This document shows positions 25,281 through 31,715 of a stretch of DNA of 36,154 nucleotides, in pieces. Origin of the DNA: Candidatus Omnitrophota bacterium (GTDB lineage: Bacteria > Omnitrophota > Gorgyraeia > Duberdicusellales > 4484-171); assembly GCA_028717025.1 (NCBI GenBank), contig JAQUOR010000001.1:1-36154 (forward strand), in the 5' to 3' direction. Position numbers and translations under genes: made by a program. The notes under the pieces are model-generated. The model had not been told where the DNA came from. It saw only the letters and a program-made list of their open reading frames with translations, and ran no database searches. Positions within the stretch are counted from its first letter, which is position 1, and every line of letters starts with the position of its first letter.

Positions 25281-26864
25281 TCAGGGTTGGCATACGGAAT
25301 AGTTAGCTTCGGGGAAAATGTTGTCTTTCCGCTCAATATCTTCAATAACTTCGTTGTTCACGTAACCCCGTTCTAGAAAACTTTTCAAAAGGTAAAAACG
25401 CTCAAGGTGCGAGACGGTGCGTTTTTTTGCATATTCCACAAAAGAGCCGGTTTTCATCATAAAAGCCCAGTCGCTGCTCTGTGCAAGGAGAAGTTCCCGC
25501 ACCATCTGGTTTAAGATCCTTTCCTTAATGCCTCCCTGGCCTCCATATTTATTGGCTGCTTCGGTCATTTTCTCTTGCGCCCGATGCAGATGCGGATAAA
25601 TCCAGTCATTAGAGCCGTTAAGCCAGACTTCGTAGTAACCCTTCCAACCCCAGCTTGAAGGAGAGGGGCTAATGACCTGGTTCTTAGGATACAACCCTAA
25701 ATATTGGCTCGGCGTAATAAGTTTTACCGTTTTCTGGTCATAACGAGTTTTACGTATCAAGAAGTTAAGCCATTGCACTCCTTCAAACCACCAGTGGCCG
25801 AAGAGTTCCGCGTCGTAGGGCGCGACAACAATCGGCTTCCTGTCAAAGATAGAAGATAAATACTCTATTTGCTTTTCGCGATTAAAAAGAAAATTTCCCG
25901 CATGATATGCCGCTTTATCCGTGGCCCACTCAGGCACGTACGGTTCTTTATGAGTACTCTCACCGGTAATACGGTAATATTTTACTCCGGTAAAAATCCT
26001 GGCACCGCAATTTGAAATATACGGTTTTATGTAGTCGTGGTCGAGATCAAATCCTATATCGCGATAATACTCACGGTAATTATAATCACCAGGGTAGCCC
26101 TGGATCGCTGACCAGACGCTTTTCGAAGACTCATGGTCTCTGCCGAAAACTGCGACCCTATTCTTTGTGTAGTATGAGGAATAAACGCCGAATTTCGGCC
26201 GGGGTCGGGCAAAGAGAATACCGTGCGATTCAAGAAGAAAATATTTTATCCCTTCCTCTTTTAAAAATTTATCCACGTCTTCCGTATAACCGCACTCAGG
26301 CAGCCATATCCCCTTTGGATTTGTACCAAAATATTTGCGATAGGAATTAACTCCGGTGCGCACCTGCATGCGTATGGCGTCTTTATTAATGCCGATAAGA
26401 GGCAGAAACCCGTGCGTGGCGCCACAGGTGATTATTTCCAGTACTCCTTTATCCTGATACTTTTTAAATTCTCTTAATAAATCTCTCTGGTAGGCGTGGA
26501 CGAATCTTTCGCGGGTTTTATTGAAACGATGGTAATACATCAACGCAAGTTTATAAAAATCGGGATTGAAACGATTCCTGTCAATCTCCTTCTCGCACAG
26601 CTCCACCATCTTATTTAAGTGCCCCACATAGCGGTTGCGCAGTAACTCATCCGCAAGCATGTTGCACAGGGACGGAGAAAGGTTAAGCGTAAAGGCAAAA
26701 TCAACGCCATCGCGCACCAGGCCTTCGAACATGTCTAAAAGCGGCATGTAGGTTTCAGTAAGTGCTTCAAAAAACCAGCGCTCTTCCAGAAACTCCGCAT
26801 GCTCCGGATGCCTCACGAAGGGAAGATGAGCGTGCAAAACGAGTGCGAGATATCCTTTTTCCAT
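25281..26864 (-). CDS. GH57 1,4-alpha-glucan branching enzyme
   Basis: Motifs seen: LVLHAHLPFVRHPE, nucleophile region GIWLPECGY, acid/base region APYDAELFGHWWFEG and a C-terminal helical (DUF1957-like) domain. This matches the Thermus/Thermococcus GH57 GBE pattern. Confidence 0.88.
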   Translation of the reverse strand: MEKGYLALVLHAHLPFVRHPEHAEFLEERWFFEALTETYMPLLDMFEGLVRDGVDFAFTLNLSPSLCNMLADELLRNRYVGHLNKMVELCEKEIDRNRFNPDFYKLALMYYHRFNKTRERFVHAYQRDLLREFKKYQDKGVLEIITCGATHGFLPLIGINKDAIRMQVRTGVNSYRKYFGTNPKGIWLPECGYTEDVDKFLKEEGIKYFLLESHGILFARPRPKFGVYSSYYTKNRVAVFGRDHESSKSVWSAIQGYPGDYNYREYYRDIGFDLDHDYIKPYISNCGARIFTGVKYYRITGESTHKEPYVPEWATDKAAYHAGNFLFNREKQIEYLSSIFDRKPIVVAPYDAELFGHWWFEGVQWLNFLIRKTRYDQKTVKLITPSQYLGLYPKNQVISPSPSSWGWKGYYEVWLNGSNDWIYPHLHRAQEKMTEAANKYGGQGGIKERILNQMVRELLLAQSSDWAFMMKTGSFVEYAKKRTVSHLERFYLLKSFLERGYVNNEVIEDIERKDNIFPEANYSVCQP

Positions 26865-26893
26865 ATTGAATTATTCCTTACTTAAACGCGAAT

Positions 26894-26917
26894 ATTCGCA
26901 GATAATCATCTGCGAAT
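26894..26917. repeat. perfect 10-bp hairpin ATTCGCAGAT-AATC-ATCTGCGAAT in the DUF4912/GBE intercistronic gap
   Basis: Read directly from the sequence. It overlaps the 12-nt palindrome GCGAATATTCGC (26888-26899). Confidence 0.8.
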
Positions 26918-26949
26918 AGCTGTGTGAGATCAGTGCAAATCTGCGTTTT

Positions 26950-27963
26950 TTATTTATCGAACCGTTTGACTGCGGGGGTTTTCTTCAACCTATGTTTCTT
27001 ATTTTTTGAGACAGCAGCAACCTCGAATTGATAGTCCCCTACCGGCAAAGCATAACGCAGGGTAAATGTGCCATCGGACCGCAAGGTTACGGGTTTACCC
27101 TCAACAGTGACGTGAGCGTCGTGTTCGGTTCTTCCGTAAAGAATAAGCTCAGTCCACACTTCTAAGAAAAACTTATCCTGGACCTTAACGCGTTCAGAGA
27201 AAAGGCTGCTTATGCCCCAGGAAGCAAGCGGTGATGAAATCTGGTGCCGTAATATTTCTTCAAAACGTTTCTTGCGCTCCATAGAGCTTTTGCCTAAATC
27301 ATATACGCCTAACACTTTATAGTACTCTTCATCCGGCAAAGCCCATTCTTCATCGATAATCGAAGAAATTCCGAAATAAGGCGTCTTGATAATGTTGGAG
27401 CGGATTATGGGGAAAAATTTTCCTGCCGGGTTTTTAAAGCCTATCTCTACGCACCAGGAACATTCCGGTTTGCTGACATTAATGTACCAGTTATTCGCTT
27501 CGTAATGAATGTCGATATCAAAGAATGAATTTGCGTTGGTACCGTTAAAACTTTTTACTTCCGTTACGTCATACACGCGTAAAACCCAGCGCAAACTTTG
27601 CCGTTCTCCTTCCGGTATCGAAGAAACAATTTCGTTGATCTTACCTTCGGAAATATCCCAATACGTATGCAGCCACCAAGGATCCCTGGCCATAAGAATA
27701 ATGCGGTTGTCAGCATAGCGCACCGGAAGATTATACGTCTCTTGTGGACGTACAATTTCGGTTGCGGTAAATTTTGACTGCTCCACTTCCTCTGCTTCTT
27801 TCTGCAAAATATGATTAATTACGGGAGAAACAACTTCCGGGAGGGTCCTTTTCGCTGTTATTTTTCGTCTGATAATCCGTGGGGTAATAGGCTTTAAGAT
27901 AGGTTTCTTGCTGGAAATCTTGGTGCTTTTTGACGTGTTTTTTTTGGAGGTTCTTTTCCTCAT
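26950..27963 (-). CDS. DUF4912-like protein with Lys/Ser/Thr-rich N-terminal tail
   Basis: The motif DNRIILMARDPWWLHTYWDI resembles the DUF4912 signature. The N-terminal 45 aa are basic and low-complexity. The C-terminal segment is Ig/CBM-like (VTVEGKPVTLRSDGTFTLRYALPVGDYQFEV). GAGG RBS. Confidence 0.65.
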   Translation of the reverse strand: MRKRTSKKNTSKSTKISSKKPILKPITPRIIRRKITAKRTLPEVVSPVINHILQKEAEEVEQSKFTATEIVRPQETYNLPVRYADNRIILMARDPWWLHTYWDISEGKINEIVSSIPEGERQSLRWVLRVYDVTEVKSFNGTNANSFFDIDIHYEANNWYINVSKPECSWCVEIGFKNPAGKFFPIIRSNIIKTPYFGISSIIDEEWALPDEEYYKVLGVYDLGKSSMERKKRFEEILRHQISSPLASWGISSLFSERVKVQDKFFLEVWTELILYGRTEHDAHVTVEGKPVTLRSDGTFTLRYALPVGDYQFEVAAVSKNKKHRLKKTPAVKRFDK

Positions 27964-28094
27964 TTTTGCCTCATATAAGGTAAAGGAATTCTACCACTCA
28001 TCTTTATGAGTGTCAATAAATTAGTAACAAAGAAATCCTTCACTCGCTTTTGCTCGTTCGGAATGTCTCCTCGCTCATTGAAAAACCCGAGGGG

Positions 28095-28613
28095 TCAATT
28101 ATTTATCTTGGTTTTTATCTCGTCAATCTTCTGCAGCAGGCGGCCAAGTTCAACCGGGAATGAAGAAGCACTCAATAGAATTTTTTTAGTTTTTCCGTTA
28201 ACGGTAACTTTTAGCTGATCACCCCGATACCCTAAAGGGCTCGCACTTCCAATATACTCGTCGTTAAAACGAAAAATATTCATCTCTAGAATCATGTCCT
28301 TAAACGCTTTGAGTTCCTGGGCAGAAAGTTGTCCGCTTTTTACGATCGTCTTTGGTTTATTAGAAGAAAACATGGAGTAGCGCTCTTTAGAGTAACGATC
28401 TTTATTGAAAACGGTAACGTTACCTGTTGAAGCGATAAAAATATCGTAATCCTGAGTAAGTGCCTGCTTTTTTGTGGAATAAAAAACATCGATATTGTAA
28501 TCTTGGGCCGTCACCAAGCGTTCACGCACGTATGCGCTCTGTGCCGTGGGTAGGTAAAACGAGAAGGATGAGGCAAGAAAAAGATAGATTATAAGATATT
28601 TTTTCGACATCAT
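28095..28613 (-). CDS. secreted hypothetical protein
   Basis: It has a signal peptide (MMSKKYLIIYLFLASSFSFYLPTAQSA). The start is placed at ATG 28613/28610 because promoter P1 (-10 at 28659-28664) lies inside the longer ORF-track version. Confidence 0.6.
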   Translation of the reverse strand: MMSKKYLIIYLFLASSFSFYLPTAQSAYVRERLVTAQDYNIDVFYSTKKQALTQDYDIFIASTGNVTVFNKDRYSKERYSMFSSNKPKTIVKSGQLSAQELKAFKDMILEMNIFRFNDEYIGSASPLGYRGDQLKVTVNGKTKKILLSASSFPVELGRLLQKIDEIKTKINN

Positions 28614-28658
28614 CGTGTGTATCTTTGAAGGGTAAAGCATCGACAAAATTTCATAATC

Positions 28659-28686
28659 ATTGTAACCCACAGGGAATAACTGTCAA
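28659..28686 (-). promoter_or_regulatory. promoter P1: TTGACA-N16-TACAAT
   Basis: On the minus strand the -35 TTGACA is at 28686-28681 and the -10 TACAAT at 28664-28659. This is near-consensus. Confidence 0.65.
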
Positions 28687-28716
28687 GATTACTTTTAACA
28701 AAGAGGCTTAAAATTA

Positions 28717-28744
28717 ATTGTATCCGCGCAGGGAATACTGTAAA
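28717..28744 (-). promoter_or_regulatory. promoter P2: TTTACA-N16-TACAAT, a duplicate of P1
   Basis: On the minus strand the -35 TTTACA is at 28744-28739 and the -10 TACAAT at 28722-28717. It shares the spacer core GT(T)ATTCCCTG with P1. Confidence 0.55.
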
Positions 28745-28775
28745 GTACTTTATTCTTCTTTCTTCTGACTTTTTT

Positions 28776-29160
28776 CGCCTCAGAAAGAGGCGCACTGACG
28801 CAATTTATCCAGAGGGATAATACCGACGCAATACCTTTAAGCGTCGGGTATATAATCCCAGAAGGCGGACACTGCCGCAATCCCTTGTCCAGAAGGACAA
28901 TACCCGCACAATTCCGCTAAGTGCGGGGTATTCTAAGCGTCAGGTGCTTTAAGCGCCGGATACTGCTTAAGGAGATAACGCCTGCCGCTAAAGGATATGG
29001 CAGTGTGCACTTTCTGTGACAAGCGCACAGGCCGCTCTGCCGAGAAGACGGCGTATACCTTGCCACATTGGAATGGCAAGTACGCGCTTTCCGCGCTGCC
29101 CGCCAATCCGTTTTGGCGAGGTGCCGATTCGGCCGGGTGTCCTTTAGCGCTATAACGCAT
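28776..29160. ncRNA. candidate structured non-coding RNA / hairpin island (strand and ends unknown)
   Basis: At least 10 short perfect stems lie in 385 nt. Examples: CGCCTC/GAGGCG 28776-28792, CTTGCCA/TGGCAAG 29059-29080, CGCCAA/TTGGCG 29101-29118. The region is visibly more G+C-rich than its flanks and shows covariation between the tandem units. Confidence 0.35.
28793..28930. repeat. two tandem copies (period 77 nt) of a two-hairpin module
   Basis: Unit 1 (28793-28850): CACTGACGCAAT, TTATCC-AGAG-GGATAA, TACCGACGC-AATACCTTTAA-GCGTCGGGTA. Unit 2 (28870-28930): CACTGCCGCAAT, TTGTCC-AGAA-GGACAA, TACCCGCAC-AATTCCGCTAA-GTGCGGGGTA. Confidence 0.85.
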
Positions 29161-29188
29161 TATACTGGCTGAAACCTAAGCCCCTGCG

Positions 29189-29752
29189 TTAAAACTTAAT
29201 CTCCACGTCTTTTTTATCATCTTCCGCGACCTTAAAAAGCTCCTCTTGTCTAAAACCCATCATATTTGCGATAATAACATCGGGAAAAGACTGGATCTTT
29301 ATGTTGTAATTATTCACGCTCTCGTTGTAAAATTCACGCCTGTCTGCAATCTCGTTTTCAAGCGAAGAAATCCTGGTCTGTAAATGCATAAAATCCTGAT
29401 TTGCCTTTAAGTCGGGGTAATTCTCCGCTACTGCAAAAAGCGTCTTTAACGCTCCGCTTATCATGGTATCTGCCTGTGCTTTATCCTGAATGTTTTGGGC
29501 ATTCTGGTAGACGCTGCGCGCTTTTGTAATCGTCTCAAGCAGCTCCTTTTCGTATTTCATGTACCCTTTGCAGACCTCGATAAGCTTAGGCAGCTCATCA
29601 TGACGCTGCTTAAGTAACACCTCAATGTTTGCCCAGGCTTTCTTTAAATTGTTTTTAAGCCTGATTAAACCGTTGTAGATTCCGACAAAATATCCAAAGA
29701 AAATAAGCAATAAAAATATTACTACGCCTAAAATCAAAAACCCTGCTACCAT
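29189..29752 (-). CDS. lemA: LemA family protein
   Basis: It has an N-terminal TM helix followed by the LemA core (YNGLIRLKNNLKKAWANIEVLLKQRHDELPKL..NYPDLKAN..RREFYNESVNNYN). ATG 29752 is preceded by AAGGAGG. Confidence 0.88.
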   Translation of the reverse strand: MVAGFLILGVVIFLLLIFFGYFVGIYNGLIRLKNNLKKAWANIEVLLKQRHDELPKLIEVCKGYMKYEKELLETITKARSVYQNAQNIQDKAQADTMISGALKTLFAVAENYPDLKANQDFMHLQTRISSLENEIADRREFYNESVNNYNIKIQSFPDVIIANMMGFRQEELFKVAEDDKKDVEIKF

Positions 29753-29842
29753 AAACACCTCCTTTAATAATAGAAGCGAAGCACCGCAGATTGAAACGCG
29801 GAACAACGCGGAAAATTTTCAGCGTAAATCCGCTTCTATGGC

Positions 29843-30598
29843 TCATTTGATCCCAAAATACCACAGTATATAGGCGCAACACGCTAAAAATAAAATCGGA
29901 CCACCCCAAATAGATAAATATGTTCTTAACGAAAGCTGCTGCAGGAGTTCTTTTTCCGAGTAATCCGATATCACATAGTAAGGCGCTTCTTCCGAGATAC
30001 CCATCATAATGTTATCCTGGTTCTTTAAAAACTCTTTTACATGCGGGTTATCTTTTGCGGTACCTAGAACATACACTACATCCTGCGGTTCGAGTACATA
30101 TTCGGTAAAGCGCAAAGGTCTCCTTCCCCAGAAGCCGTTTAAAGCCACGCCGTATTCCGAACAGAAAGTAGCGACATGTTCGGGGCAGGAAGAAAATGAA
30201 CCGGTCTGGTACTTTAAATCTATGTGCACCCTGACATCCGCATCGCTGTTTTCTACCAGAACCTTGCCCGTTTCATCTTCCACATAAAAAGGGAAAAAGG
30301 TCTTTAGGTCTTTTATGACAACCCAGTGCCCTGATTTTCCGCTTCTCCGGTATTCTTCAACTTTGCAGTGATAAAAAACGCAGGTTTTTTTTAAAATGGG
30401 GCTTTGGATCACTTGAAGGGGTGCGATTGTGCCGGAAACCTCGGCAAGCCCAAGCGCAAGAGAACGGACCTTGGATGTCGGTATTTCCTGAATGACCCGC
30501 GTTAAACGCAAGGTTTTCCAGCCCCTCACGAATGCCCATACGCCGAATCCTGCGCCGATAAAAGAATAGAAGAGCAGCTTATCCCTGCTATCGCTCAT
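29843..30598 (-). CDS. GIDE-domain-like membrane protein (MUL1-type topology: TM - central domain - TM)
   Basis: The N-terminal TM is LLFYSFIGAGFGVWAFV and the C-terminal TM is IWGGPILFLACCAYILWYF. The central region (IPTSKVRSLALGLAEVSGTI..SPILKKTCVFYHCKVEEY) resembles PF12483 proteins, which are commonly paired with LemA. Confidence 0.65.
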   Translation of the reverse strand: MSDSRDKLLFYSFIGAGFGVWAFVRGWKTLRLTRVIQEIPTSKVRSLALGLAEVSGTIAPLQVIQSPILKKTCVFYHCKVEEYRRSGKSGHWVVIKDLKTFFPFYVEDETGKVLVENSDADVRVHIDLKYQTGSFSSCPEHVATFCSEYGVALNGFWGRRPLRFTEYVLEPQDVVYVLGTAKDNPHVKEFLKNQDNIMMGISEEAPYYVISDYSEKELLQQLSLRTYLSIWGGPILFLACCAYILWYFGIK

Positions 30599-30606
30599 TT
30601 AGAAAA

Positions 30607-30634
30607 ATTGTAACACGAAAATACCGTCTCGCAA
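30607..30634 (-). promoter_or_regulatory. promoter TTGCGA-N16-(TGT)TACAAT abutting the GIDE start codon
   Basis: On the minus strand the -35 is at 30634-30629 and the extended -10 at 30615-30607. Eight nt separate the -10 from ATG 30598 and there is no SD. Confidence 0.55.
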
Positions 30635-30732
30635 ATTATTTTCCGTAAAATTAGCCGGCTGACAAAGATACTGTATCGGGAGGATTTAAATGAAGTATCA
30701 CAAAAATCGTTACGCGGTTAACGACATTCTCT

Positions 30733-31251
30733 CTACTGTCCGATTTTCGATATGACTTTGGGGATACAATAGTTACCTATGCAATCTAATTGCTCTTTGT
30801 CCTGTTTCTCCTGAATAAATTTCTGTTCTTTTTTAAGGAAACTGTTTTGCCCGGTTTTCTCCTTCAGCAACTTCTTGAATAATTTCTTGTCTGAGGAAAC
30901 TTGCGGAAGCGCGGCTAAATCCTTATAGCAACGCATTGCTGTCCCCGTTATTTCCAGGCCCAGATTAAGAGCCCCCACGAGGGAAAAACTTCCCGGATCA
31001 AGTTTACAAAATTTACAGTGCTCTTCTATTGCCTCAAGCGTTATTCCCAATTGACCGAGATAGCTATAGAGCAGCCTTTCATTTTCCCTGGCTATTTTTG
31101 ACATCTCAGAAAATTTGTTTCTGATTTGGCCGTTTTTAATTATTTGCGCCAGATGCTCGCAGCAACGAGCCATCGTTCGTTCTACGTCTATGGTGCATTC
31201 AAAAACCTCGATAAGCCGCTTACTATTTTTTGTATTCTGCATGTCTGCCAT
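30733..31251 (-). CDS. hypothetical Cys-rich helical protein
   Basis: 172 aa, predicted helical, with Cys motifs (CC at residues 30-31, HCKFCK, C..C near the C-terminus). It lies 8 nt downstream of the NifU-like gene. I recognise no family. Confidence 0.55.
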   Translation of the reverse strand: MADMQNTKNSKRLIEVFECTIDVERTMARCCEHLAQIIKNGQIRNKFSEMSKIARENERLLYSYLGQLGITLEAIEEHCKFCKLDPGSFSLVGALNLGLEITGTAMRCYKDLAALPQVSSDKKLFKKLLKEKTGQNSFLKKEQKFIQEKQDKEQLDCIGNYCIPKVISKIGQ

Positions 31252-31259
31252 GGTGCCCC

Positions 31260-31484
31260 CTAGACTTGTTTTACTTCTTTGATCTCGGGTATCGCTTCTT
31301 TGATTTTTTGTTCAATTCCCATCTTTAACGTATAGGTACTCATCGGGCAGCAGCCGCATGCTCCGGTAAGGCGCACTTTTACGATACCGTTTTCGCTGAC
31401 ATCTACCAGCTCTACGTTGCCTCCTTCTGACTGTAAAAAGGGACGTAACTCGTTTAAAACTTTCTCAACTTTTTCTTTTAACAT
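31260..31484 (-). CDS. NifU C-terminal-domain (Nfu-type) Fe-S cluster scaffold/carrier protein
   Basis: 74 aa with the motif GGNVELVDV..VKVRLTGACGCCPMSTYTLK. TAAGGAGG RBS. Confidence 0.88.
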   Translation of the reverse strand: MLKEKVEKVLNELRPFLQSEGGNVELVDVSENGIVKVRLTGACGCCPMSTYTLKMGIEQKIKEAIPEIKEVKQV

Positions 31485-31530
31485 GATAAACCTCCTTAAT
31501 GAATCCCGCGTTTATAGCGGGACGAATTAA

Positions 31531-31601
31531 CTTCCGCGGCGCTTTGGGAAAATTTTCTGCCTTAAAACAGGAAATTTTCCCGATATACGGGCGCCCGGAA
31601 G
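31531..31601. repeat. 71-nt extended hairpin in the gap upstream of the NifU-like gene
   Basis: The outer stem pairs CTTCCG(C)GGCGC with GCGCCCGGAAG. The inner 14-bp stem pairs GGGAAAATTTTCTG with CAGGAAATTTTCCC and has one T-G pair on the plus strand. A second hairpin, TCCCGC/GCGGGA, lies at 31504-31522. Confidence 0.8.
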
Positions 31602-31715
31602 CAGATTGTCTATAACCCCTTATTGGGAAGAATTAAATTTTACACTAAAAAAACCCATTAGCAAGTCTCTTTTTTACCTGCATTTCTGTTGGGTGTATAT
31701 CAAAGATCCCGATAA

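Noticed and set aside
28793-28946. Possible CRISPR array, because of the roughly 77-nt periodic repeats.
   Set aside because: There are only two clear units (a third is degenerate). Each unit is itself a pair of hairpins rather than a repeat-plus-unique-spacer, the repeats are not identical, and no cas genes are in the window.
28776-29160. Known housekeeping RNAs (RNase P RNA, tmRNA, SRP/4.5S RNA, 6S RNA).
   Set aside because: On neither strand did I find the RNase P GGAAAGTCCGG-type P4 sequence, a tmRNA tRNA-like 3' end or tag ORF, or the SRP domain IV GGAA-loop motif. 6S RNA cannot be excluded by eye, but the many short hairpins do not resemble its long interrupted helix.
28933-29160. 75-aa minus-strand ORF in the track. 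The 61-aa ORFs at 28610-28795 and 28695-28880 belong to the same case.
   Set aside because: They have no RBS and lie across promoters and perfect hairpins. The ORF length is explained by locally high G+C, and the 28610-28795 and 28695-28880 ORFs run through the P1/P2 promoter elements.
30690-30755. 21-codon plus-strand ORF (MKYHKNRYAVNDILSTVRFSI) with a GGGAGGA RBS at good spacing.
   Set aside because: It is very short, overlaps the 3' end of the convergent 30733-31251 gene and has no recognisable motif. I kept it only as a note, and ribosome profiling would be needed to revive it.
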